From the NCBI RefSeq assembly GCF_001194135.2, contig NC_068982.1, positions 6,283,617 to 6,347,616 of the forward strand: a stretch of DNA of 64,000 nucleotides, written 5' to 3'. This DNA comes from Octopus bimaculoides. Lineage: Eukaryota. Below are positions 36,563-49,845 of the stretch, one piece after another. The notes below the pieces were generated by a model. The model did no database searches and was not told the origin of the DNA. It saw only the letters and a program-made list of their open reading frames with translations. Every line of letters starts with the position of its first letter. Within the stretch, counting starts at the first letter, position 1. The position numbers and the translations under genes are program-made.

Positions 36563-39267
36563 TAATGAAATACCAGTCTAGTAAGAAGATCGATTAAATT
36601 AGCGATAGTTTATATGAAGCACCGGTCGCGGCGAGTTTCATAAAACCATAAATGTCACTATTTTTTTCATTTACGTAGGACAAAAAATAATAAATAAAAT
36701 AAACACAGAGAAGTAATTTTACATATATTTCATTATACAATGCATTGTTAAGTTCTCGGTTTACAAAATTTGTCTGGCTGTTATGAACAAACACAATTAC
36801 ATGTATATGACGGGCCATGAAATTTTCTATCAATTTTGTCAACTGCATTCTGACAAGACTAAACCAACAACACTTCTCGACCTCCGGCAGAAAGTTTGAT
36901 ATTGATACCATAATAAAAAAAAACTCTTTCCCAATAATGGTTGAATTCTTTTGGTAATCCTTCACTATCACACCTTCTGTCTCTTCAAATGGATACGTTT
37001 CAGTTTTTTTGATTTCTAGACGTCCTCATCTGACTTATGCCTTCCCTCTCTCAAGCAAAGGTAGCACTCATTCAGTTTTTGCTCCCGCTTACTGTCTTCT
37101 TTGGTACACCATTTCTTTCTTTCGCTCCTCCTCCTCCTCCTCCTCCTCCTCCTCNNNNNNNNNNNNNNNNNNNNNNNNNNNNNNNNNNNNNNNNNNNNNN
37201 NNNNNNNNNNNNNNNNNNNNNNNNNNNTCTCTCTCTCTCTCGCTCGCTCGCTATGTCTTTCAGTTTACATACAATTTCCCTTTCTTTTAAAAGCTATTAA
37301 GGAAAGTATGAGCATCACTACATCCCAGTTCTTTTATTCTTCTTTCCTATCAATTTGAAGGTCCTTTTTTAAGTAAAAATAATTCTAGACATAATGCAAT
37401 TTATAAAACATGTAAATTCAATTATACGCTATTGAAAAGGAAAGTTAATTTTTGAATTTTTTTCTCGCAGCGACTTTACAAGTTACAAATATGTTACTAC
37501 GAGAATGGCTACTACCTGACAGTATATTTTTAGAGATAATTATTGATTCACTCTCACGACATATTTGGAGAAAAAGAAATCTGTGAGAAACCATTCCCCC
37601 TGAGTTAGTTCAATATGTATCGATTTTATTCAACTCACTTTGCATTCTCATGCTATCTCACATGAACAAACGCGAAACAAACGCCAAACTAATAATGAGA
37701 ATGGCATTATGCTCGACATGTATGCAGTTTAGCTTTGATGAGGTTGAATTACGTCTTGTTGTGAAATTTCTGGAATGATTTATAAATTGTCATAGAATTT
37801 TTAACTATTTTAAAGTAGTTAAGTCTTATTTATTGTTCACTATTGAATTAATGAAAACATGGTAGGACTGAATTGGCAATAAATAAAAGAACACCTTTTC
37901 AAAAGAATGACAAGCCTTATTGATGTTGCGTGAACACAAAATCTATGTCATGCAAGAAAAACTTTCTGGTTACACGATACATTCTGGTTTCCGATCTAAT
38001 TGTATTAAATTATAAAACAGATTGGTTTCATCAAACAGTACTTGCTTATATACATATGCACGTGTACACATGTATGTATGTATGTATGTATGTATGTATG
38101 TATGTATGTATGTACGTATACGTGCATGTGTGCGTGTCTGTNNNNNNNNNNNNNNNNNNNNNNNNNNNNNNNNNNNNNNNNNNNNNNNNNNNNNNNNNNN
38201 NNNNNNNNNNNNNNNNNNNNNNNNNNNNNNNNNNNNNNNNNNNNNNNNNNNNNNNNNNNNNNNNNNNNNNNNNNNNNNNNNNNNNNNNNNNNNNNNNNNN
38301 NNNNNNNNNNNNNNNNNNNNNATGCAAGAAAAACTTTCTGGTTACACGATACATTCTGGTTTCCGATCTAATTGTATTAAATTATAAAACAGATTGGTTT
38401 CATCAAACAGTACTTGCTTATATACATATGCACGTGTACACATGTATGTATGTATGTATGTATGTATGTATGTATGTATGTATGTACGTATACGTGCATG
38501 TGTGCGTGTCTGTGTGCGTGTCTGTGTGCGTGTCTGTGTGCATGTTTGCTTTGTGGATGAAAATAATGTGAAAGCGATTTTCACGAGGTTAATCCTTTTT
38601 ACACATGCTAGTCTCTACTGATATAATCTTATCCAAATAAGGTATTAACGCTTTACCTGCATTGGTTAAGAAGTTATGAAGAATTTATTTGCTAATAACA
38701 TGCTGTGAGATACCATATTGATGTGAAATTGTAATCCCTTGAGACTTCAATGCTACACTTGAATTAAGCTATCCTATATGGAAAAGTAATCATTGTCCCA
38801 CGGGAGACCTACTTTACAATAATCAAAGCTTTTTGTTCACTGTTAATTCTTAGTTTGAGTACAAAAATTATTGATGACACGTGTCAGTCTTCGATAGATT
38901 TTGCTTGTAGAACTGTCATAGTGAGAAGTAAACTTATCTGCGCTGATTATTACGTCACTGAGCGTTGCAATTGTATGTATGTATGTGTGTATATATATAC
39001 ATATCAGACGCAAGTCAAAAATAATAGTCATTACATATAATTCCTTTATCAGAGCAAAATAGGCTTACAGTTGTTTCCCGTAGTCCGACTTGAGAAAATT
39101 AATGCCAAGTTTGGCAGAGCCATTGCTCAATAATCTAAGTAATATTGTTAGCCTGGTGTGCCAACAGAGAGCTTATGAAGTATTTTGCCCGGATTGATAA
39201 TCGTCACTATTTGTTCTCTCTCTCTTTCTCTCTCCCTCTCATATACATATATATATATATATATATG

Positions 39268-39430
39268 GGAGAATATACAAAAAATAACAACAGACGAGGA
39301 CAGGTGGTGTAAATAACAAAAGTATATATTAGTATGACGCTCGGGAATACGGAAAGTCTTTGACGTTTCGAGCTACGCTCTTCAACAGAAAGAATACGGA
39401 GACAAGGAGAAAAACACGGAGAAAAAAAAT
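39268..39430 (-). mobile_element. Family-2 PLE-like terminal fragment
   Basis: Homologous to 7410-7540; contains the CUGUUGA motif. Confidence 0.55.
39357..39393 (-). ncRNA. Minimal hammerhead-like motif, family 2 (CUGUUGA core)
   Basis: Reverse complement tcttt-CTGTTGA-a-gagc(gta)gctc-GAAACGTC-aaaga; 5-bp stem I, 4-bp stem II, loopless ACGT stem III, GUC triplet; position 6 is U rather than A. Confidence 0.5.
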
Positions 39431-39468
39431 TGAATAGTGTTCAGTCAACGGTCAATATATATATACAT

Positions 39469-39511
<43 letters not shown>

Positions 39512-39778
39512 CATACATACATACATACATACATACATAATTTTATAATAAACATTTCAGTACCGGTTTCGGTCATTGAAACCTTTTCAATTGTAAGTAT
39601 GGAAAACAAGTTTTGGAAAAATTAAATGAAATGTTTTTTAAAAGAATACTTGCATAGTATTCAAGCACAAGGGGCATTTTACTTGTCTCTGCCTGTCTCT
39701 GTCTCTCTTGTTTACTCGTGGGGTCGAGGTCGTGGTGAATTCTTGGCAGAGAAGAAGAAGAACCTTCTACACACACAG

Positions 39779-39847
<69 letters not shown>

Positions 39848-42834
39848 CACAAATATGATTCAAAATGTCCATTTGAATCAATTATGTCTTCTTGGCTTAC
39901 AAAGTTGTTATATCTTATTTGTGCAAATACAATCGTTAAAACTTTCACGTAGACCTTGATTAAGGACACACGTCATTCAAATGGGAAACTCCCATCGTGA
40001 ATGCATTAGACCTATTGCATCTCCTGTTAGATTGGTAAAACATTTATTGGCTGCCCTTCATTTATATATCTTATAATTCATTTCCAGCTAATCTGCTGTA
40101 AATTAATGTTTACTGTAAACATATCGATAACAGATTTTCTTAGCACATGGTCAAATAACAGTTGTCATTATGATTGACTTCTTAAACAGTCAGTTTACAT
40201 TAAGGTTCCAGCGTACCTGATACTGTCACAATTTTTATGGCAAAGAGTACCGAAATATATCGTTCTAAATAATTAAGTAATCGTTAATCCGCTATGACTC
40301 TGTCTATGGTGAGACTAAGATGATACAACACCTAAGAGTTAAATTAGCGTATGATCAGTTATAAGGAACAATACTCCTCTCTAAAAATATATTACCCCAA
40401 AGATAGAGTAGTTCTAGAATGGTATTTGTTGCATATTCACCCGCTGAGGGCCAGATAAAAAGAAGATCCGTTCAAATCAGAATTACGACAGAAACGTAAC
40501 AATATGTTTTATATTTTCATAATTTCTAAGTATTTTTACTATTGATGTGACAAAAAAATATAGAATAAGGCGTCTATATATAGGAAAATACATATCTAAT
40601 CATATACGGTCAATTATTATTGAACAAAGTTGCTTTTATAAAGATTTTCTGAATGTTCCCCTGTTGCTCAAAGGCTTGGGGATTTCAGTTGGTTAACGAG
40701 GGGATTTCTATTGCTTAACATTTTTCTATTTGATTAGATATTTTTCATTTCAATTTACAAAAATATTTTCTGAGCAGTTTCTATCTTTATAACTTTTATT
40801 CAGAACTCACTTTTGGTTTTGCACATCCATATCAAAAATAGCAATTTCGTATATATTTTTGTAACAATAAACTGTTTGTAAACAAAGTTCAGCGAGATGC
40901 ATCTAAAGAAACGAACAATATTACCTAATAAATACAACTGAATTAAGTTTTCCCAAATGATAAAAATATCTGATTTTGATTGCAGATATTAAATACTGGT
41001 CGGAAACAGACTCCAATTTCATATATTGTTTATTTTTGTAAACCAATTATGTGATGAATTCAGACGTCATTCTCTCAATAGATTAGCTTAAAAAAAAATC
41101 TCTGACAAACGAGCTCTGAAAACGGCATCGAAATAGCAAATTTCTTTAGTGGTTTTAATATATTGATTTCTTTTGATAAGATTTGTCCTTTACTTTTTAT
41201 TCTATTAGCTGTCTAGCTTTCTTCTGTTTCCTTCTATATTTTGCTTATTATCGAGATTAAACTATTAAAACGTTTTTTTTTTACATGCAAAATTTTCTTT
41301 TACTTTTGAGTTGGTGCGGTTTTTAAAATGTATTATTATTCATGAGAAACTGTCATAAATGTGTTTCTAAGAACTTTTCCCAGACATTTGATTGGTTTGT
41401 CATTTACGTGGTTAATAATTACATTTCATGACATAGTAATTATATAAAAAAATATGCATAAAATAGAAATAAATCTGTTCTAGACATTTGATATATAGAT
41501 ACAATTAAATTCTGGACATGAAACGAAGAGTTTGGTGTGATTTCATATTTAACAGTCGTTTAGTAATTTTCTGTTCTGTGTCAAGTTTTCAAGATCGCAG
41601 AATTAAAACAATTTATGCAGAAGTGTCAAAAACTTCAATGTCCATAAAGATTTTAAAACATAACTTCTATAACAATTTACTTTTTTGTACAAGAGTGCCG
41701 AAAATTTTTCCGGATATGGACTCTGTCTATCCTGCATATAATGAATACATTTAACCCATACAGTTTATGCGACTTAGCTGCTTCTGTTCAGCTCTAAACG
41801 AGCAGTTTTATAAGCAAAGACATTTCGACCCTGGCCGTTCTATCTTCCTTTTACGCGTAGTCATGCGGAACCGCTTTATTCAATCTGGTTTCCCTTTTAC
41901 AAAACAGAGTGAACTGTTTGAAGGAGACATGGCTATTATTTGTTGTAGAACGAGCAATTTTGTAGACACCTCGCTTTCACACGATACATATGCAGTGAAA
42001 CAGCACGGTTAATGTTTGTAATAGTAAATTCAGAATTAAAAAAAGTATCTGGCAACTATATGTTGCTAGGCTATAAGAATGCTATCCAAAGAATCTGTTG
42101 ATCATGTTTCATAAACAAATGCAAAGCTTTATAAATAGATGAGGTAAAAGTAACTGTCAGACAGAGAAAAGCATTATTTTTCATTTCGTCACAAAACATA
42201 TAAATATTTCATTGATAGGAAATGCAATATTTACATATTCACGTAACAAAACAAATATGTAAATATTGTGAGAAGCATGCTATTACTAAAGCATCCAGTT
42301 AGCACTTCAGACTGATGTGCTTCTAATTCTTTCGAGGAAAGTTAATACACGACTGATCAAAAATATATATAAGAATGTACATTTAGTCTTCAGGAAAATT
42401 AGACTAAAATAGTTATTCGTTGGTTATCACACCTACATATTCTCATTAGAAACTTTAGATATATTTTCGAGTAAAACTGCATATGCGTTCCTATATAGAA
42501 TTAATTACTTTCTTAATTATATATATTTTCCTAATTAAGATACACCGAGTCAATGTATGTGGGCGGGTATTTGAGTGTTTCTGCGAATGTGCGTCTGTAT
42601 GAGACTCTTCGTGTGTGTTGAGATCGATTATGTGTTTTAGATCGATTGTGACAGCTAACACTTAACTTGTAATTTTCATTCGTTCATTGAATAAATGTAC
42701 TTTTCTTTTGATGGACATTACGATATTTTTTTAGCTTTGTTTAAGAATAGACCTTATTAGTCAACCTATCAAAAATATATTTGACTTCAAACAACTAAAT
42801 TGACACATCTGTACATATCCTCACTGACACAGAC

Positions 42835-42870
42835 GCATATATATATATACATACATACATACATATATAT

Positions 42871-42948
<78 letters not shown>

Positions 42949-42984
42949 CATATATATAAGTATATATACATATATATGCATATA

Positions 42985-43015
<31 letters not shown>

Positions 43016-43235
43016 GCATATATATATATACATATATATACCTATATTCATAAATATATATACATATATATATACACACACACACACACCTACGCAAAGC
43101 GAGAGAAAAAGAAAGAGATACATATATACCCACCCACCGCCACACACACATACATATACATACATATATACGTGTGAGTGTGTGTGTGTGTGTGTGTGAG
43201 TGTGTGTGTGTGTGTGTGTGTGTTTGTGTGTGTAA
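42835..43235. repeat. Large (TA)n/(CA)n/(TG)n low-complexity block (representative of many in the window)
   Basis: Read directly; similar tracts at 1050-1313, 8905-8950, 32090-32330, 54170-54240, 58670-58850 and 61945-62040. Confidence 0.97.
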
Positions 43236-43911
43236 GTTTATTGCATTTTTATTAAAATAGTCTAATAATAATTTAGTAGCTTTGAAGAAATAAACTTTAA
43301 AATGTCTAAAACAACAAAACCAGTGTTAGTCGCAGAAAGTCATGTTTAAAATTTCGTCACATGACATATAAATGTTTTATTGATGGAAAAAAAAAAACTG
43401 AAATTACACAAAAGGAAAATGGCTGATGTGTTTTAATATTATAGAGTCATTTTGAAATATCAAAGCAAAGCAATAATATGTGTTGATAAAAAGATAACAC
43501 TGATAAGATGTTGAAATATGAAGAATGATATGGTAATCGTATAATATACATAAGATAGTTTAATGTTCCGTGACTTTTCTGACCACATAAGAAAGTAAAG
43601 AGACGAATAGCTTATTGAATAATAATCTGTAAAAATGGTGACAATAAGCTGGAGCGAAGGAAAAGACGATAATTTATGCAGACATCGTCTGTCATTTACT
43701 CATTTGTATCATTAAATGTTTCCGTAGATATGAATTATTTATATTAAAACGCATTGAAATAAAACTATTGTACCATTCCTTTGGAGCATCTATTTACACT
43801 CCAATTAACGTTCTCAAGTTGTCCCCCCACCTCACAAACACACAGACACACTCACACACACGCATTCACTCACTCACTTACACACTTACTCACACACATA
43901 CACATGCACAC

Positions 43912-44850
43912 CATGAGATTACAATCGGCTGAATTAGTGAACCAGAAATTAGGGTTGGTGAAGTCGTAGAAATTCTCTGGCAAACACTTCTGATATTTTT
44001 CGGAAGTGTACCAAGGACTCTAATCCCGTTACCACACATATGACCTTCGAGCAGCATTCTTCTCCATCCACGATTTGATCAATATCTCCAGCAGCTTCAC
44101 ACAGCCTTCCGAATTGAGCATAACGACCAGTTCAAAGATGTTGGCGGCACGATTTCACCCTCCCTGAAGACACATGCAAAGACCAACGCAGTTTGTTTTT
44201 CATGATGCGTGGGACGTCACATAGATTGGTATGCAAACCACTTGTTGCTCTGGATGCTGTGCAACTGGTCCTGGCAGAAGTTATTTTCATCTGAGAAGAA
44301 CCAAATTATCCTTGCATCAACAGGGTGCCTCAGATTCTTCAGAAGTCACATTGCCTCCATCAAGCAGTTCTTCTTATCCTGAGGTTGGTATGCTATATTC
44401 CTTGTGCCTCTTCTACGAGCGGTAGCGATGGTCCTCATTCAGGACCAACTTCATGGGCCGACTCTTTCATTTCTCCCACCGAGTCTCAGATTCCCTGGCT
44501 CGTATCTTCAATTACCTCGAGCTGCAGTTGCTGGATGAATTCCGGGATGTGAGCACACTCAGAACGCCTGCCGTTTCCCTTCCTGTTTGCCACCACGGCT
44601 CCGTAGACACCATTGCAGCTGTTCATGTCATATTTCACAGCCTTTACAGTGCTCAACGAGCATTGTATAGAAGTCACGCTGTTGGCATTTTGACACCCGG
44701 CCAAAATCATGACACAGATAACTGTTTTCCAATATTCAGATGGCTTCCAGTCTTACATCACAGCCAACATCTTCGCAACTACAATTTTAATCTTTAAGCT
44801 ATGCAAAGTCGTTGACTGTTCACCAATACATCAAACAGTTCCTGATAAAA
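43912..44850 (-). pseudogene. Tc1/mariner-superfamily transposase remnant (maT/DD37D-like)
   Basis: N-terminal MILAG..CSLSTVKAVK..RRSECAHIPEFI; catalytic region VKLLEILIKSWMER and PWYTSEKYQKCLPENFYDFTNPNFWFTNSADC (decayed WPPNSPD); frameshifts; cut by (CA)n. Subfamily assignment is inference. Confidence 0.75.
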
Positions 44851-45126
44851 AGCAGACATATAAAAAAACACTCTGTATGTATATGCTTACGCACACATAC
44901 ATACACTCTCCCCCCACACATATATAGACGTAGGTTGTATATACTATATATACTATATATATATAGTATATAATCTATCCCTATGTACTAATCATATATA
45001 TATATATGATAATAATATTAGGGATAAAAATCAAAATTTACAGGAAAAAACTCAATTTAATTTAATTTATCAAAACTTAAAGTTAAATTAAGTTTCACAG
45101 TGTATAATATATAAATATATAATTTA

Positions 45127-45416
45127 GAGGAAAGAACCACAGTTCCTGAACTCATCCATGAAAATCAACAGTCACATATAGAAAAATTTATAAGTAAAAT
45201 ATATTCATTTCTAGATAGAATGGGGATATCCTTCAAAGATGAATTCCAAAACAGCGGCTCTATTCTACCTGTAAATTCCATAACTAACGAAAATTGAAAG
45301 TTAAATACAAACAATAAACGTTAATTATAAATTGAAATAAAATAATTATGATAAAAGTTTTCTATATGTAACTGTGGATTTTCATGGATGAGTTCAGGAA
45401 CTGTGGTTCTTTTCTC
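45127..45416. repeat. 63-bp inverted repeat pair (right arm runs into a gap)
   Basis: 45127-45189 versus the reverse complement of 45354-45416, about 4 mismatches. Confidence 0.85.
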
Positions 45417-47653
45417 NNNNNNNNNNNNNNNNNNNNNNNNNNNNNNNNNNNNNNNNNNNNNNNNNNNNNNNNNNNNNNNNNNNNNNNNNNNNNNNNNNNN
45501 NNNNNNNNNNNNNNNNNNNNNNNNNNNNNNNNNNNNNNNNNNNNNNNNNNNNNNNNNNNNNNNNNNNNNNNNNNNNNNNNNNNNNNNNNNNNNNNNNNNN
45601 NNNNNNNNNNNNNNNNNNNNNNNNNNNNNNNNNNNNNNNNNNNNNNNNNNNNNNNNNNNNNNNNNNNNNNNNNNNNNNNNNNNNNNNNNNNNNNNNNNNN
45701 NNNNNNNNNNNNNNNNNNNNNNNNNNNNNNNNNNNNNNNNNNNNNNNNNNNNNNNNNNNNNNNNNNNNNNNNNNNNNNNNNNNNNNNNNNNNNNNNNNNN
45801 NNNNNNNNNNNNNNNNNNNNNNNNNNNNNNNNNNNNNNNNNNNNNNNNNNNNNNNNNNNNNNNNNNNNNNNNNNNNNNNNNNNNNNNNNNNNNNNNNNNN
45901 NNNNNNNNNNNNNNNNNNNNNNNNNNNNNNNNNNNNNNNNNNNNNNNNNNNNNNNNNNNNNNNNNNNNNNNNNNNNNNNNNNNNNNNNNNNNNNNNNNNN
46001 NNNNNNNNNNNNNNNNNNNNNNNNNNNNNNNNNNNNNNNNNATATATGCATGTATGCATGTATGTATGTACACATACATACATTTATTATATTATATATT
46101 TATTCACTTTTTCTCCTTTCTAAAAACTAAAAACCTGGTACCGAGATGATTTATATTTCTAGAAAATTTCTATAGTATTTATTTCGTAAATTTATTAGAA
46201 CGTTTTTATTTTAGGTCTTACTTAACATATTTAGTGAAAAGTTTATCACTTTAGAATTTGAACTTATGATGTTTAACTTCGTAGCCCAATATAATCACCA
46301 AGCATCGCACATTACACGGCCATTATATCACTTGAGATCATCAAATTAGTTTTATTTTTGGAACGATTTGTGTTTAACCTCATCAGGTATTGCTTTATCG
46401 TGATTTTGTTTGTGAAACAATTTCATTTGCTATAATGTTCGTCACTAATGAGATACGAAGATGTATAATCTCTGGGGACCTCCTAATAGATTTTAACCTC
46501 AGGCTAGAGATTTAAAACAGAAAAAGGAATATCTGGAGATAAAATGGACTGAGTGAATAATTCTGTTTCAGTATTTCACCTTCAATTCACAGCAATCAAG
46601 AACGCATATCGGAACCTCGCACTCCTAAATCAGAATTGATTGTTTTCTGCATTCTGAGTCCTAATTAGCTATTTGCTTCCGACTCATAATCGTTACGATC
46701 ATTTGTGGCTCACTCTTCAGATCTCAAGCAGAGATGAGCCAAAACGTGTCAAAACGTTTCTTACAAAACCTCTATTTGCTATGAATTTTCTCAAAAAATA
46801 TCAATTAATGTAATCTTTCAAACCATTATATTGAATCGACTGATTTTGTGAAATTACAAAACTTTTTGTACAACATTTCAATTTATGATTGATTTGTTGT
46901 TGATTAGGCTAAACTATACCCAGTTGATCATTACCACATCTTAATAAAAAAAAATTACTTGAGATTACAGCTTCATAAAATGATTTGCAACGTCTTTGAA
47001 ATATTCTTCATACAAACAATTTTCAATCTAACAAAAGTGTCTTAACTAAGTTAGAATGGATTTTATTACTTATTGCCATCAATAAACTTTCATTTGAGCG
47101 TATACATTCCTCCTTCCTCCGTTGTTAAAGCCTGAGTAGGCTAGAGTAAATTTTGAAGCAATTGTTTAATATAAGTCTTAAATTACATTTATATTTATTT
47201 CACTTACTATCTGTAAACTTTGCCTTTTACATTAAAATATTCGGATTAAATAATGCAATCGGAACTTTTCTCTAATTCGGCCGCTTAGTACGCTTATGTT
47301 TTTTTAGATTTGTCAGCATTAAAATAACTAGAGTTTTTATTATTTTTAAATTCATTCGAAGCAAAAGTAAAACGATGGCACGACAAAAGTGACTCTAGCT
47401 TCAGCAGTGAATCTACTAAATTTGATAGCTCCTTCTTCGATTTCGAAGATGAACACTCAGTTGTTCGATTAACTGAAGTACATAATCATTAAAATAGGTT
47501 GTAAGTGACTGAGTATTCCAAAGACATATTTAGCGTTTCCATAATTCTAGGCCGAATCAGCATAAGTTTGAACACAGGTCGAATCTGTGCGACAAGTATC
47601 AGTGCTACATTATTTACATTTGACGGATATTTGTCCTCATCTTGTTTGTTGTT

Positions 47654-47699
47654 AACACAACATTTTGGTTGATATACCCTCCAGCTTTCATCAGGTGTC
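47654..47699 (-). ncRNA. Degenerate hammerhead motif, family 1
   Basis: Reverse complement gacac-CTGATGA-aagctggagggtatatcaacc-AAAATGTT-gtgtt; GAAAC core mutated. Confidence 0.35.
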
Positions 47700-47772
47700 T
47701 TAGGGAAATTTCGAACCTGGGTTCTCATTCCTAAGGTATTTCTCGATGATGATATTATTATTATTATTATTA

Positions 47773-47848
47773 TTCAGGTCACTGCCTGAAATTGAACTTG
47801 GAATCTTGGGGTTAGTAGCCCGCGCTCTTAACTACTACGCTATATGCC
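47773..47848 (-). promoter_or_regulatory. tRNA-derived Pol III internal promoter (SINE head, not a functional tRNA)
   Basis: A-box-like TAGCGTAGTAG, anticodon-arm-like GGG-CTACTAA-CCC, B-box-like GTTCAATTT (GTTCGATTCC in the 36309-36365 copy); poor acceptor stem. Confidence 0.6.
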
Positions 47849-47933
47849 TGTGGGTAATTATGGAGTGAATAATAATAACAATAACATCGAAAAATACCTT
47901 AGAAATGAGAACTCAGGTTCGAAATTTCTCCGA

Positions 47934-47979
47934 GACACCTGATGAAAGCTGGAGGGTATATCAGCCGAAACGCTGTGTT
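47934..47979 (+). ncRNA. Degenerate hammerhead motif, family 1
   Basis: gacac-CTGATGA-a-agctg(gagggtatat)cagcc-GAAACGCT-gtgtt; U16.1 changed to C. Confidence 0.45.
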
Positions 47980-49135
47980 AACAACAAACAAGATGAGGTC
48001 AAATATCCATCAAATGTAAATAATGTACATAATTTCTCATCTCTTAAATATAGAACTGAAGTATCAGCGCTGTTTCCGTCCAAGGATTTTACTCACAAGG
48101 ACTGGGGAGACCTGAGGCTAGGGTTTAAAGTTATCGTGCAGTGGGATCGAACGCTACATCTCTTGACTGTGTTTCTAAATTTGTAACCACTGGGCCATAC
48201 CTGCGTCCACTGTACTGAATGCACAATAAAAGAAAAAATAAGAAATAAGAAAAGGACAAGGGTACATTAAAATGTAAATTCATCCCAAAAAGACAGTGAG
48301 AGAGAAGGAGAGAAAGTGAGAAAGAGAAAGAGAAGAAGAGAGAGTGGGAGAGAAGGAGACAAGGGGAAGAGAGAGATACAGAAGAATTCAAAGGAAGAGG
48401 GTAAAGAATGGCACTTTGATCATTTTGCTCTCTAAAAATTTCTGTTCAAGTTTATTTATATTGGAAATGTCTATTTTTTCTTGAGAACTTATTCAATAGA
48501 ATAAGACTGCTCAATCTGCATTCATTCAGAATGCTTCTTTGATCACTGAAAAGAAATCCTTTTGAGAGATAAAAATCATTGCTTGCCATTGCAATTAGTT
48601 ACCAGAAAAACCAATTCCATTACTTTAGTGACCTCAACATTAGGAAAACAAGATTTAAAGTTATTGAAAACTCCTGGTCATCTTGATCACTAAAAGCGAT
48701 CCAAAATATAACACAATTGCAGAAAATATTTTCTTTATTCCTGTAATTTGATATTACAAGTTCATATCCTGACCTGTAAGGAAGCAGGAAAATTGCAAGT
48801 GGATACACATAGGGTAGAAGGTTAAAGAAAAAGGAAACTTGGCCTATCTGCGTAGGAATTTCCTTGTTGTTCAGACTTCTGGTCAAATAGGTTGCATCAG
48901 TTCACCCCATCATTTTCAGAAGAGTAAATACAATATGCAATATATCTTTTTGTTTCTTAAAACGGTCGGTTGTAGTATGAGGGCATTTTAGCTGCAATTT
49001 CTAACAGAGCACCATCCTAGAGGCTACTTTTTTGTTTGGTGAAAGTGTGTCTATGTTAAGAAATAACCGTTAACAGGTTATTAATGTGTAAATTGAAGTG
49101 AAAGCGGAGTCCTTTCACATTCTATATCAATTAGG

Positions 49136-49500
49136 GTGGAGGCACAATAGCCCAGTGGTTAGGACAGCAGACTCGCAGTTATAAGATCGCGGTTTTGATT
49201 CCCAGACTGGGCGAAAACACTTAAAGGCTCCACGAGGCTCCGGCAGGGGGAGGGGAACCCTACTGTATTCTTTCACCACAATTTTCTCTCACTCTTTCTT
49301 CCTGTTTCTGTTGTACCTGTATTTCAAAGGGCTAGCCCTGTCACACTCTGTGTCACGCTGTGTCTCTGTCTCACCGAAAACTACGATAAAGGTACACGTA
49401 TCTGTGAAGTGCTCAGCCACTTGCACGTTAATTTCACGAGCAGGCTGTTCCGTTGATCGGATCACTTGGAACACTCCTCGTCCTAACCGACGGAGTGCCA
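49136..49500 (+). mobile_element. SINE family C
   Basis: Matches 1314-1677 with an internal deletion. Confidence 0.9.
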
Positions 49501-49617
49501 CGATATCAATCGGGAAGAGGAAGAAGAAATGCAGGTTAATTTTTGTAGCGAACGTATTTAACGAGATTAATGAGAATAAGATTTAATTTGCAGTTTTATA
49601 GGATGTTTTTTAATTTA

Positions 49618-49845
49618 TCTCTTATATTTTACTTTGTTCCAGCCTTCAGATTATGGCCATGCTGGAGCACCTCCTTAAGGAATTTTAGCTGAATGAATTG
49701 AACCCAACACTTTTTCTTTTTTTAAAAGCCTAGTACTTACTCTCTTGACTTTTTTGTCGAACCGCTAAGTAACGGTGACGTAAAGACACTAACACCGTTC
49801 GTCAAGCAGTGGTGTAGAACAAACACAGACACAAAGACACATATA
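49618..49845 (-). mobile_element. SINE family B, 3' half (diverged)
   Basis: GGCCATGCTGGAGCACC..CTAGTACTTA..CCGCTAAGT. Confidence 0.8.

Larger units (their letters stand above)
47606..48057. mobile_element. Fold-back pair of the same HHR-bearing family, with an internal tRNA-like head
   Basis: 47606-47750 is inverted relative to ~47885-48027; centre has (TTA)n, a minus-strand tRNA-like segment 47773-47848 and (AAT)n. Confidence 0.8.

Noticed and set aside
37950-38513. Exact ~190-bp direct duplication
   Set aside because: The copies sit on either side of an N gap; most likely unmerged contig overlap.
46583-46636. AIKNAYRNLALL resembling DnaJ helix II (IKKAYRKLAL)
   Set aside because: No HPD motif, an immediate stop and no convincing donor; likely chance.
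47773-47848. Functional tRNA gene (apparent ACT anticodon)
   Set aside because: Acceptor and anticodon stems are incomplete and it is fused to a repeat body; treated as a SINE head.
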